Source of the DNA: Candidatus Limadaptatus stercorigallinarum
GTDB taxonomy: Bacteria > Bacillota > Clostridia > Christensenellales > CAG-917
DNA length: 44,564 nt
Assembly: GCA_018714975.1 (NCBI GenBank)
Contig: DVMN01000053.1
Span: 1 to 44,564 of the forward strand
Reading direction: 5' to 3'
The notes beneath the pieces were generated by a model. That model was not told where the DNA came from. It did not search any database and was given only the letters and a program-made list of their open reading frames with translations. Positions within the stretch are counted from its first letter, which is position 1, and each line of letters starts with the position of its first letter. Shown here one piece after another: positions 24,387 through 33,909 of the stretch. The translations under genes and the position numbers were made by a program.

Positions 24387-25286
24387 TTATGTCCGCAAAC
24401 AACGCGCCACACGGGTGCGGTCAGGAGTTGAGCAGTCTGATGATGTTTTTGCGGTCGCTTTGTAGAGGTGGGCGTAGGTGTTGGTCACCTGTTCGATGGT
24501 GTCGCCGATGAGGTCGGCGATGACGGCGAGGTTTGCGCCCTTGTGGACGAGCAGCGACACATAGGAATGCCGAAGGTCGTGCAGTCTTATGCGGCGCGCG
24601 CCCGCGATTTGGATTGACTGCGCGAAATTGCGGCGCACGGTGGAGTGGGGAAGTCTGCCGCCGCGTGCCGTACAGAACAGGAATTCGGCGGCAAACGCTT
24701 CGAACTCCTTCTGCTCCCAGAACGCCAGAAGTTTTTCGGGCGCTTTCATTCTGGGGCGTTTGAGCCTGCGCATAGGATTGGGGACGGAATATCTTTCGGA
24801 GCACTATTCGAAAAAGGCGTGCAGCTGTTCCCATATGGAACGCAGAGAGCGCGGCGCGTAGCATTTGTCCGTTCCGCGGCGAGGTTCGGAAACGAGCGCG
24901 TCGAACCAGCGGAACACGTCGGCAGAAGATATTCTGTTCAAAGGCCGCGCGCCGAATCGGGGCAGGTAGTGCAGCGAAAAGTAGCTCATCCGCTTTATCG
25001 CGGTGCTTGCCGCGTTCATAAAACGGGAGTATTCCAGATATTTGTCCGCGGCGGCGGCAAAAGACGGACACTCCGAGCGCGACGGGTGGTCCTCGACGAG
25101 AATGCAGAACTTCGCCACATATTCGACGAAAGCCTTTTCCGCGTTCTGTTTCGTCGCAAAGCCCGAAAGGCGTTTCTGTCTGACGTTGCCGCGCTCGTCC
25201 GTGACGCGGAAGACGACGTCGTAGACTTTGCCCGCCTTGACGTCGCGTGTGCGGAAAGAGTGAGAGTAGGAATGGATGAGGTACAT
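24387..25286 (-). pseudogene. decayed tyrosine recombinase / phage-type integrase
   Basis: The N-terminal arm and core-binding part (24804-25286) and the C-terminal catalytic part (RLHDLRHSYVSLLV...TNTYAHLY) are in the same frame, but an in-frame TAG at 24806-24804 interrupts them. Only about 47 aa separate FWEQKEF from HDLRH, so the Arg-I / beta-sheet segment is missing. Confidence 0.8.
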
Positions 25287-25491
25287 AACGTTCTCCTTTT
25301 GGTGAATTGCCGCTTCCGCGGCATAAAATTTTACACCGCTTCGCCGTTCTCCGTCCCCCGTAAGGGTACAGCGCGCCTTTTCGTCCGCATTAAAGCACTC
25401 TTAAAAATCCGCTTCCATTTGGGCGTTATGGGTTGCGCGGAGGCGCGCGCGTATGTTATTATGATTGCGATTACGGTTCAGGAGAGTTTCA

Positions 25492-27177
25492 ATGGTTTCC
25501 CGAAAAGCAGCAAAACCGGCAAAAGACCTTTCTTACCGTCTGTCGCCGGATTACGTCCCCACAAAAGAGAAACTCGCTTACGGATGCGGAGCGTTTATGG
25601 ACGGCGGCGGCGTCGCGCTGATGTCCTGCGTGATGCTCAAATATATGACCACAATGGGCATTGCAATGAGCGTTGCGTCCACGATTATGCTTGTCGCGAA
25701 GTTCTGGGACGCCATCACCGACCCCGTCATGGGCTTCATCAGCGACAACACCCGCGGCAGGTTCGGCAGGCGCAAACCCTATATGTTTGCGGGCGGCGTG
25801 CTGCTTCTCATCGGCATTTTCGTTATGTTTATGCCCATCAGGGACTGGGGCGTTTCCGTCGGCGGATTTACGGCGTTCATCGTCATAATGTACATCCTCT
25901 GGAACACGTTCTCCACCATAGCGATGGTGCCTTACTGTTCGATGGCGAGCGACATTTCGCCCTCATTTAAGGAACGCAACAACGCCAACACCGTCAAGCT
26001 GGTCTTCAACGCCGTCGCGAGCGGGCTCGCCTACGTCCTGCCCCTGCTTTTCATCGAAGCGCTCATCAAAGAAGACGGATACCTCTTTATGCCGAATATG
26101 TCCACGACGGAGTTCTGGCTCTGCCTGAGCATAATCTTCGGCGTCCTGTTCGGCGGCGGGCTCATCGTATGCGCGATTTTCGTAAAAGAGCGCATCAAAG
26201 CGACCGCTCCCAAAGAGAAATTCAATCTCCGACAATTCTTCAAAAGCTACATCACGCCTTACAAAAACCGTTCTTACCGCTGGCACATCGTTATGTATGT
26301 GTCGGCGTTTATTTGTCTGGATATGATTTCGGCGCTCGCCGTCTATTACGCGACGGACGTGTGGCACGGCTATAAACTGTTCGACTGGGATATGTCCTCG
26401 CTCTTCATCATCGCGCCCCTTATGGTGTCGGCGGTGCTGATGTTCCCGCTCGCGCGGTACGTTATGGACAAGAAGAGCAAGCAGTTTGCGTTCCGTATGG
26501 GGCTTCCCGCCTACATCATCGCGGGCGTGCTTCTCTGTGTCATGGACCCCAGCTGGACGCCTCCCATCCTCGTTCCCATCGCGGCGATACTCATGGGCTT
26601 CGGCTTCGGCGGCGCGCAGATGATGCCGTGGATTATCTTCCCCGACACCGTGGACGTGGGGCAGATGGCGACGGGCGAACGCGCGACGGGCACTTACAGC
26701 GGCATGATGACCCTCGCAAGAAAAATCGCCGGCGCGATTGCCGTCGGCCTCATAGGCTGGATACTCGACCCGCTCGGCTACATCTCCAACGACAGCGGCG
26801 ACCCCACGAAATACATCCCGCAGTCCGAAACCGTGCTGCTCGCCATCAGGCTCATAATGGGGCTTGCCATCGTCATCTTCATCTCCATAGCGTTTTACGC
26901 TTCCTTCCGCTATAAAATCACCAACAAGAAACTCGCGCGCGTGCGTTACTTTATCGAAGCGCGCAAGGCGGGCACCGTGCTTTCCGATGAGGAAGAGGCG
27001 GAGCGCACCGCCCTCGTGCACGAGCTTTACGGCAAGCAGGACCCCGGCGGCTGGGTGACGGCCGCGGCAGGCGCGGACGGCGCGGAAGAGCAGAATGCGA
27101 ATGTGTCCGAAGCCGTTTTCGGCGAAGCGTGCGAAGACGCGGACGACTCCGGAAAAGAGGGCGGGGACGGAAAATGA
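25492..27177 (+). CDS. GPH-family MFS symporter with an acidic C-terminal tail
   Basis: KLAYGCGAFMDGGG...KFWDAITDPVMGFISDNTRGRFGRRKPYM is the GPH signature. The ATG at 25492 follows AGGAGA. Confidence 0.85.
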   Translation: MVSRKAAKPAKDLSYRLSPDYVPTKEKLAYGCGAFMDGGGVALMSCVMLKYMTTMGIAMSVASTIMLVAKFWDAITDPVMGFISDNTRGRFGRRKPYMFAGGVLLLIGIFVMFMPIRDWGVSVGGFTAFIVIMYILWNTFSTIAMVPYCSMASDISPSFKERNNANTVKLVFNAVASGLAYVLPLLFIEALIKEDGYLFMPNMSTTEFWLCLSIIFGVLFGGGLIVCAIFVKERIKATAPKEKFNLRQFFKSYITPYKNRSYRWHIVMYVSAFICLDMISALAVYYATDVWHGYKLFDWDMSSLFIIAPLMVSAVLMFPLARYVMDKKSKQFAFRMGLPAYIIAGVLLCVMDPSWTPPILVPIAAILMGFGFGGAQMMPWIIFPDTVDVGQMATGERATGTYSGMMTLARKIAGAIAVGLIGWILDPLGYISNDSGDPTKYIPQSETVLLAIRLIMGLAIVIFISIAFYASFRYKITNKKLARVRYFIEARKAGTVLSDEEEAERTALVHELYGKQDPGGWVTAAAGADGAEEQNANVSEAVFGEACEDADDSGKEGGDGK

Positions 27178-28196
27178 GCAAAGCTGTTTTCAAAAAAAAG
27201 GACGGCATAACGGTCATCCGCAAGGCGGCGGACAGACCGTTCAGGATATTGCAGCTCACGGACATCCACATTGGCGGGGGCTGCATCAGCCGCAAAAAGG
27301 ACAGGATGGCGCTCGACGCGGTGGAGAAAATCGTCAGAGCGTCGCACGCCGACCTCGTCGTGGTGACGGGGGATATGGTGTATCCGCTGTTTATGTACTC
27401 GGGCACGAGCAACAATCTCAAAGCCTCGAAGAAGTTCGGTGCCCTTATGGACTCCCTCGGCGTGCCGTGGACGTTCACGTTCGGCAATCACGACGAAGAG
27501 TGCATAGCGTTTTACAAAAAGGACCGTTTAGCAGACTATTATATGACGTTAAAGTCCTGTTTGTTTGAAAAAGGCGACCCTGCGCTTACGGGCGTGGGCA
27601 ACCACGCGATGAGGCTGGAAACCGCGGACGGCGCACCCGTCATGATGCTGATGATGCTGGACAGCAATATGTATACGGGCAAGACGTTTTTCAGCGGCTT
27701 CGACACCATACACGACGACCAGATAGACTGGTACGAAAAAGTGGTGCGTGAAAATTCTTCGGAAGGCGAGGTCATCCCCTCCCTCGCGTTCTTCCACATC
27801 CCGCCCAAAGAGTTCAAGGAAGGGTGGGAGAAGTGCTACCGCGGGGAACCCGACGCGGTGTATCACCTCGGTTTCGTCGGCGAGAAGGACCAGTATTTCG
27901 GTTATCCCAAGGAAAAAGAGGGCAACTTCGTAAAGAGGATGGAAAAACTCGGCAGCTGCAAGGGTTTCTTTGTCGGGCACGACCATCTCAACACCCTCAG
28001 CATCGAATACAGAGGGATGCGGATGACTTACGGGATGAGCATCGACTATCTCGCGTACGTGGCGGCGCTGGGGCAGATTCCGACGGCGAAGTGCCACGCC
28101 CAGCGCGGCGGCACGGTGGTCGACATCTCGGACGACGGGTCTTTCGACATTTCGCTGCTTCCGCTCTCCGACATCGAAAGCGGAAAAATAAAGTAA
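27174..28196 (+). CDS. calcineurin-like metallophosphoesterase
   Basis: ILQLTDIHIG...VVVTGDMV...FGNHDEE...FFHIP...VGHDHLN are the metallophosphoesterase motifs. The ATG overlaps the symporter stop (ATGA). Confidence 0.8.
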   Translation: MSKAVFKKKDGITVIRKAADRPFRILQLTDIHIGGGCISRKKDRMALDAVEKIVRASHADLVVVTGDMVYPLFMYSGTSNNLKASKKFGALMDSLGVPWTFTFGNHDEECIAFYKKDRLADYYMTLKSCLFEKGDPALTGVGNHAMRLETADGAPVMMLMMLDSNMYTGKTFFSGFDTIHDDQIDWYEKVVRENSSEGEVIPSLAFFHIPPKEFKEGWEKCYRGEPDAVYHLGFVGEKDQYFGYPKEKEGNFVKRMEKLGSCKGFFVGHDHLNTLSIEYRGMRMTYGMSIDYLAYVAALGQIPTAKCHAQRGGTVVDISDDGSFDISLLPLSDIESGKIK

Positions 28197-28269
28197 TCCC
28201 GTACGGGAGCGAACAAAAACGGTCACTGCCGGGGTTTTGCGTAAAACCCGGTCGAAAGGAGTAAAGTTT

Positions 28270-29649
28270 ATGAAAATAGGTTTTACCGAAACTGTATTGC
28301 GCGATGCCAATCAGTCTTTGATTGCGACACGTCTGCCTTACGCTAAGTTCGCGGACATTCTCCCCGAAATGGACAAGGCGGGCTATTACAGCGTGGAGTG
28401 CTGGGGCGGAGCGGTGTTCGACTGCTGCCTGCGCTATCTCGACGAGGACCCGTGGGAGAGGCTGCGCGCCATCCGCAAGGCTATGCCAAACAGCAAGCTG
28501 CAAATGCTCCTGCGCGGACAGAATCTGCTGGGCTACAAGCATTATCCCGACGAGATAGTGCGTATGTTCGTCGCGAAGTCCGTGGAAAACGGCATCGACA
28601 TCATCCGCATCTTCGACGCTCTGAACGACCTTAAAAACATCGAGGTTGCGACGGACGAGGCGTTGAAGCGCGGCGCGCAGGTGTCCGGCACGATAAGCTA
28701 CACACAGTCCCCCGTCCACACCATAGAGGCGTTCGCGAAGCTCGCCAAACAGATGGAAGATATGGGCGTGAACACCGTATGCGTCAAGGATATGGCGGGC
28801 GTCATGAGCCCCGCGGAGGCGTATGAGCTCATAGGCGAGATAAAGCAGAGCGTCAAGATACCCGTCGTGCTCCACACCCATTGCACCACGGGGATGGCGT
28901 TCATGACCTATCTCAAAGCCGTCGAGGCGGGAGTCGACGTCATTGATACCGCGACGTCCTGTTTCAGCGGCGGCAGCTCTCAGCCTGCCACGGAAACCCT
29001 GCATTACGCGCTCACCCAGCTTGGCTACGACACCGGTCTGGACGCGGCGGTGCTCAAAAAGGTGAACGACTTCTTCAAACCCGTGCGCGACGAATACATC
29101 AAGTCCGGTCAGCTCGACCCCAAGATGATGGCGACGGACACCGACGCGCTCAATTACAAAGTCCCGGGCGGAATGCTTTCCAACCTCGTCGCACAGCTCA
29201 AAGCGCAGAACGCTATGGACCGCTTCGAGGAAGTGTTGGTCGAAACGCCCAAAGTGCGCGCGGACCTCGGCTATCCGCCCCTTGTCACTCCCATGAGCCA
29301 GATGGTGGGCGTGCAGGCGACTTCCAACGTGCTTGCGGGAGAGCGTTACAAGAACATCTCCAAGGAAGTCAAGGCGTATTGCAGAGGAGAATACGGCAAG
29401 GCGCCCGGAAAGATATCCGACGAAGTGATGAAGAAGGCGCTCGGCGACGAAAAGCCGATAAAGGGCAGATACGCCGATACGCTCGAACCCGTCTTCGACA
29501 AGACCAAGGCGGAGCTCGCGGGCGTTGCGAAGAGCGACGAAGACGTGCTCGATTACGTCCTCTTCCCGCAGGTGGCGGAGAAATATTTCGCCGCGCGCAA
29601 GGCGAAAGAGGAAAAAGTGGTGCGTTACACCATCGCTCCTATGGAGTAA
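28270..29649 (+). CDS. oadA: oxaloacetate decarboxylase alpha-type carboxyltransferase subunit (no biotinyl domain)
   Basis: ETVLRDANQSL...ECWGGAVFD...LLRGQNLLGY...IRIFDALND...VKDMAGV...LHTHCTTGMA is a PYC_OADA/HMGL-like TIM barrel. The 459-aa protein ends before any EAMKM motif. Confidence 0.85.
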   Translation: MKIGFTETVLRDANQSLIATRLPYAKFADILPEMDKAGYYSVECWGGAVFDCCLRYLDEDPWERLRAIRKAMPNSKLQMLLRGQNLLGYKHYPDEIVRMFVAKSVENGIDIIRIFDALNDLKNIEVATDEALKRGAQVSGTISYTQSPVHTIEAFAKLAKQMEDMGVNTVCVKDMAGVMSPAEAYELIGEIKQSVKIPVVLHTHCTTGMAFMTYLKAVEAGVDVIDTATSCFSGGSSQPATETLHYALTQLGYDTGLDAAVLKKVNDFFKPVRDEYIKSGQLDPKMMATDTDALNYKVPGGMLSNLVAQLKAQNAMDRFEEVLVETPKVRADLGYPPLVTPMSQMVGVQATSNVLAGERYKNISKEVKAYCRGEYGKAPGKISDEVMKKALGDEKPIKGRYADTLEPVFDKTKAELAGVAKSDEDVLDYVLFPQVAEKYFAARKAKEEKVVRYTIAPME

Positions 29650-29658
29650 GGAGGAGAT

Positions 29659-30042
29659 ATGGACATTACCGTTCTCGACGCCCTTATAATATCGCTCATA
29701 GGGTTCGCCATAGTTTTCGTGGTGCTGTTTATCCTTATGGGGATAGTTATGCTGATGGGGCTTGCTTCCGACAAGGGGCACGTCATCACGGACAAGCTGC
29801 CCAAGTTCAAAAATCCTTTCCGCAAGAAGAAGGGCGAAGAAGTTTCTTCCGAAGAGGAAGAGTCTGCCGCCGTCGCGGCACCCCTTGCCGTCGGCACCTG
29901 CGGAGAGCTGACGCTCGTGCGCACGGAAGAGCGCGACGCGGCAATGATAATGGCAATCGTGGCGGACTCTCTCGGTACGCCGCTCAACGAACTCAGATTC
30001 AAGCGCATCGAAAGGCTGGATGACGCGGAGGTGGAAAAATGA
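29659..30042 (+). CDS. oadG: OadG-like small membrane subunit of a Na+-translocating decarboxylase
   Basis: A single N-terminal TM helix (LIISLIGFAIVFVVLFILMGIVMLMG) is followed by a charged linker. The gene sits between the carboxyltransferase and carrier genes. Confidence 0.65.
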   Translation: MDITVLDALIISLIGFAIVFVVLFILMGIVMLMGLASDKGHVITDKLPKFKNPFRKKKGEEVSSEEEESAAVAAPLAVGTCGELTLVRTEERDAAMIMAIVADSLGTPLNELRFKRIERLDDAEVEK

Positions 30043-30443
30043 TTTACAAAGTCACATTGAACGGAAAAGTTTACGAAGTGGAAGTGGAGAAGGGCGAGGC
30101 CGTCATACAGGCGGAATACGAAGCCGCGCTCCCCGCGGCTGCTCCCGCCGCTCCCGTTGCGGCTCCCGCACCCGTGCAGGCACAGGCTCCCGCCGCTCCC
30201 GCGGCAAGCGCGCCCGCGGCTTCCGCCGGCGCCGGCACCGTGCTTTCTCCGCTGCCTGGCAACATAAACGAGATACGTTTCTCCGCAGGACAGACCGTGA
30301 AGGCGGGCGACGTCGTCATCATCCTCGAAGCCATGAAGATGGAAAACGAGATTGTCGCGCCCAAGGCGGGCACGCTCTCCAAAATACACGTTCAGAAAGG
30401 CGCCGTCGTCAATACGGGCGACCCCCTCTTCGACGTAGATTAA
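30039..30443 (+). CDS. biotin carboxyl carrier protein of the decarboxylase
   Basis: An Ala/Pro-rich linker is followed by the biotinylation motif ILEAMKMENEI. The start overlaps the previous stop (ATGA). Confidence 0.9.
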   Translation: MIYKVTLNGKVYEVEVEKGEAVIQAEYEAALPAAAPAAPVAAPAPVQAQAPAAPAASAPAASAGAGTVLSPLPGNINEIRFSAGQTVKAGDVVIILEAMKMENEIVAPKAGTLSKIHVQKGAVVNTGDPLFDVD

Positions 30444-30455
30444 AGGAGGAAGCGC

Positions 30456-31679
30456 ATGAACTTCGTATCGCAGATTATCGGTGCGACGGGAAGTAACGTG
30501 GATTACGGCGATACTTTCGCCGGGCTTTGGGAGTCCACGGGCTTTTTCAATATGCAGTGGGGCAATGTGGTGATGATTATCATTGCCTGCTTCTTCCTAT
30601 TCCTCGCCATCAAATTCAAATTCGAGCCGCTGCTCCTCGTCGGGATTGCGTTCGGTATGCTACTCAGCAACATCCCCGGCCCCGTTTCGGACTGGATTTA
30701 TCATCCCGACCTCTGGGTGTCAAGCACGACGGTCGATTACGGCGAAGTGCTCCAAACGGGCGGGCTCATCGACATCCTCTACATCGGCGTCAAGACCAGC
30801 GTATATCCCTGCCTCATCTTCCTCGGTGTGGGCGCAATGACCGACTTCGAACCGCTGCTTTCCAACCCCAAATCACTCATTCTGGGCGCGGCGGCGCAGT
30901 TCGGCATTTACGTCGCATTCTTCCTTGCGGTCTGCTTCGGCTTCTCAGGCGAAGAGGCGGCTTCGATAGGTATCGTCGGCGGTGCGGACGGCCCCACCGC
31001 AATCTGGCTCACAAAGGCGCTTGCCCCGCACCTGCTCGCGGCGATTGCCATTGCGGCGTACTCTTATATGGCGCTCATCCCCGTCATACAGCCCCCCATT
31101 ATGCGGCTTATGACCACGAAGAAGGAACGCGCCATCGTGATGAAACCCACGCGTACGGTCAAGAAATCCGAAAAGATACTTTTCCCCATCGTCATCATCA
31201 TCGCGACCTGTCTGTTCCTGCCCTCCGTCGCGCCTTTGCTCGGCTGCCTGATGCTCGGCAACCTGCTGCGTGAGTGCGGCGTGACGGCGCGCCTCAGCGA
31301 CACCGCGCAGAATGCGCTGATGAACATCGTCACCATCTGCCTCAGCGTGTCCGTCGGCGCGACCGCGCATTTCAGCACATTCCTCACCACGCAGACGTTG
31401 CTCATCGTCGTGCTCGGACTTGTCGCGTTTGCGTTCGCAACCGTCGGCGGTCTCGGCATCGGCAAGATTATGTGCTGGCTCTCCAAGGGCAAAATCAATC
31501 CTCTCATCGGCTCGGCGGGCGTCTCCGCAGTGCCTATGGCGGCGAGGGTTTCCAACCTCGAAGGGCTCAGGGCGAAACCGGGGAACTATCTGCTTATGCA
31601 CGCTATGGGCCCGAACGTCGCGGGCGTCATCGGCTCGGCGGTCGCCGCAGGCTTCTTTATGGCGGTGTTCGGCGGTTGA
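30456..31679 (+). CDS. oadB: Na+-translocating decarboxylase beta subunit
   Basis: The 407-aa polytopic protein carries OadB/GcdB/MmdB-type sequence (FEPLLLVGIAFGMLLSN...GVGAMTDF...GGADGPTAI...IGSAGVSAVPMAARV). Confidence 0.9.
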   Translation: MNFVSQIIGATGSNVDYGDTFAGLWESTGFFNMQWGNVVMIIIACFFLFLAIKFKFEPLLLVGIAFGMLLSNIPGPVSDWIYHPDLWVSSTTVDYGEVLQTGGLIDILYIGVKTSVYPCLIFLGVGAMTDFEPLLSNPKSLILGAAAQFGIYVAFFLAVCFGFSGEEAASIGIVGGADGPTAIWLTKALAPHLLAAIAIAAYSYMALIPVIQPPIMRLMTTKKERAIVMKPTRTVKKSEKILFPIVIIIATCLFLPSVAPLLGCLMLGNLLRECGVTARLSDTAQNALMNIVTICLSVSVGATAHFSTFLTTQTLLIVVLGLVAFAFATVGGLGIGKIMCWLSKGKINPLIGSAGVSAVPMAARVSNLEGLRAKPGNYLLMHAMGPNVAGVIGSAVAAGFFMAVFGG

Positions 31680-32482
31680 TGTATACCGATATGGCGAAAA
31701 CGCTTTACACAAAGCAAGGCAGGGTTCTGCCTTGCTTTTGCTATGACAGTCTTCCTTCCACCAACGACGAGGCGAAGCGCATTGCAAAAGAGGGGAGGGA
31801 AGACCGCTTCGCCGTTGCCGCGTCGGAACAGACGGCGGGCAGAGGAAGATACGGCAGAGAGTTTCTGTCCCTGCGCGGCAGAGGGCTTTATCTTTCGTAT
31901 GCAATGAAAGCGGAAGGGCGGGATATCGTCGCGTTCGGCGCGCTGTCCGCCCTTGCGGTCGCCGCTTTGCTCGAAGAATATTTCGGCATACGGGCGGAAC
32001 TCAAATGGCCCAACGACGTGCTCGCGAACGGCAGAAAAATCTGCGGCATACTCCCCGAAAGCGTGGTCGGCAGGGACGGAGAAAGATACGCCGTCGTGGG
32101 AATGGGCGTCAACGTGTTTTATTCGGAAGAGGAGCTCGGCGCGCTCGCGGACATTGCCACATCGGCGGTTTTATGCTGCAAAAACGACGAGTTAAAGCGC
32201 GGATTTCTGCAAAATCAGGAAGCGACGCTCCGTTCGGCGGCGGTGCGGCTCTCGGAGCTTTGCTCCCGCCTTGCCGATTGTATGGACGCGGGAGAGGACT
32301 TCATCCCCGAATACTCGGGCAGGCTCGTCACGCTCGGCAAACGGGTGCGTTTCAAGGGCGCGGACGGCAGAGAGAAAGAGGGCGTTGCGACGGGAGTCGC
32401 GCCCGACTGTTCGCTCATCGTCGCGACAGACGGCGGAGAAGAAAAAATAGGCTGGGGCGAAGTCGCGGTTGTGTCGGAATGA
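31679..32482 (+). CDS. birA: biotin--[acetyl-CoA-carboxylase] ligase (no HTH domain)
   Basis: QTAGRGRYGREF...LKWPNDVL..GRKICGIL matches BirA catalytic motifs. The ATG at 31679 overlaps the oadB stop (TGATG). An alternative ATG lies at 31691. Confidence 0.8.
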   Translation: MYTDMAKTLYTKQGRVLPCFCYDSLPSTNDEAKRIAKEGREDRFAVAASEQTAGRGRYGREFLSLRGRGLYLSYAMKAEGRDIVAFGALSALAVAALLEEYFGIRAELKWPNDVLANGRKICGILPESVVGRDGERYAVVGMGVNVFYSEEELGALADIATSAVLCCKNDELKRGFLQNQEATLRSAAVRLSELCSRLADCMDAGEDFIPEYSGRLVTLGKRVRFKGADGREKEGVATGVAPDCSLIVATDGGEEKIGWGEVAVVSE

Positions 32483-32652
32483 CCGTCCGCGGAGGACGGG
32501 TCTGCGGATTTCCGCCTGTACTGCGGAACACGGCGTGCGGGGCGACGTATCATCCGACGTCTTGCGGAAAGGGCGCGTGCGCACGGACCCGCATGCGGGA
32601 CAGTGCTTTTCCGTGTGCTTTTGGTTAAAGTTAATTCCGCGCAAAGTGACTA

Positions 32653-32681
32653 TTGTATTTTTAGGCGCAGGGCTGTATAAT
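32653..32681 (+). promoter_or_regulatory. promoter TTGTAT-N17-TATAAT
   Basis: TTGTAT is at 32653-32658, the spacer is 17 nt, and TATAAT is at 32676-32681, about 60 nt before the SGNH lipoprotein gene. Confidence 0.45.
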
Positions 32682-32742
32682 ATTTTCATAAACCGCGCCG
32701 CGGCTTTTTCGGCGGACAGGGAGCGGTGGATAAGGAGGAAAG

Positions 32743-33894
32743 ATGAAGAGAAAAATTCTGGCTTCGGCGCTTTGCGCCGTTTTGCTCGTATGCTGCGCGG
32801 CGGCACTTGTCGCCTGCAACAACGGAACGGATAATCCGTCGCAGTTTTACGAGGCTCCGCAGGACGCGTATCCGCAGGATAAGACTATGATTGTCTACCT
32901 CGGCGACTCCATTGCGGAAGGTATTCTCGGCGCTTCGCCGCTCAGCCTCAGACACGAATACGCCTATGCCAACGTGCTCGGCCGCAGGAACGATTATCTT
33001 TACTACAATCATTCCGTTTCCGGACATCTGACGGGCAGTCTGCTCGGCGTGCTGAACAACGAGCTCGGTTACGACGGGGCGCGCGCTCTCATCGCGCACG
33101 TTCAGCAGGCGGACATCATCCACATTTCCATACTCGGCAACGACGTGTTGCAGGACAGGAAGGACGGGGCGTTCGCGAAGGAAGAGGACAACGTCACGAT
33201 GCACAAAATCATTATGGAAGCGGCGGAAAACGATTACACCAGCATCGACCGCGTGCTGAACGGCTACACCAACGGTGAAGGCGTGACGACCGCGGGGTCC
33301 GTCGAGAACATCAAAAACATCGTGGACAGGCTGAAAGAGCTCAATCCCGACGCGACGATAATTTTCCAGGCGGTCTACAATCCCATAATGGACGTCGACA
33401 CTCCTCTCATCAAGCAGGAAACGCGCGACGCGCTGGCGGCGGCGGGATACGACGTGACGCTTGATTGGCTGCACGAACTCGGCGAACGCCTCATCACCCG
33501 ACTCAACAGCGCGTTGGACACGGTGCTCGCTATGGACGGCTACGAGGATGCGTTCATCGTTGCGGACGCGCGCGAAGCGTTCAACGCGATATACGACTCC
33601 GACCCCGAGCGTGCCGCCGACCTGATTTATCCCGACGGAACTCATCCGTCCAACGAGGGGCACGCGGTGCTCGCTGACCTCACGCAGGGCATTCTGGAAA
33701 CTCACGAACTTGCGGACGGCGCGGCGGCGCTTGCGGAATACAAGACAATGCGCAAAGACCTGCTCCGCAACCATTTCGACGGCGTTGTGACGGACATTGA
33801 CGGCGCGTGCGCCGCGATAGACGCGGCGGAGAGCTGCGCTGCCGTCACGGAAGCGTTTTTCGACGCCACACGCGGGCTTACGCCCAAATATTGA
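32743..33894 (+). CDS. SGNH/GDSL-family hydrolase lipoprotein
   Basis: The signal peptide has the lipobox LVAC. Block I is YLGDSIAEG and block V is DGTHPSNEGH. Confidence 0.8.
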   Translation: MKRKILASALCAVLLVCCAAALVACNNGTDNPSQFYEAPQDAYPQDKTMIVYLGDSIAEGILGASPLSLRHEYAYANVLGRRNDYLYYNHSVSGHLTGSLLGVLNNELGYDGARALIAHVQQADIIHISILGNDVLQDRKDGAFAKEEDNVTMHKIIMEAAENDYTSIDRVLNGYTNGEGVTTAGSVENIKNIVDRLKELNPDATIIFQAVYNPIMDVDTPLIKQETRDALAAAGYDVTLDWLHELGERLITRLNSALDTVLAMDGYEDAFIVADAREAFNAIYDSDPERAADLIYPDGTHPSNEGHAVLADLTQGILETHELADGAAALAEYKTMRKDLLRNHFDGVVTDIDGACAAIDAAESCAAVTEAFFDATRGLTPKY

Positions 33895-33909
33895 TGAGGA
33901 GGGGAAGTT

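Noticed and set aside
24804-24806. The in-frame TAG in the integrase as programmed read-through or pyrrolysine.
   Set aside because: The window has no Pyl machinery or recoding signal. The same gene also lacks about 60-80 residues of the catalytic domain, so decay is the simpler reading.
25287-25491. A direct repeat of the tRNA-Ala 3' end (attR) beyond the integrase.
   Set aside because: Scanning by eye found no convincing match to GGTTCGAGTCCCCTCGTCTCCACCA. The island boundary therefore cannot be defined from this window.
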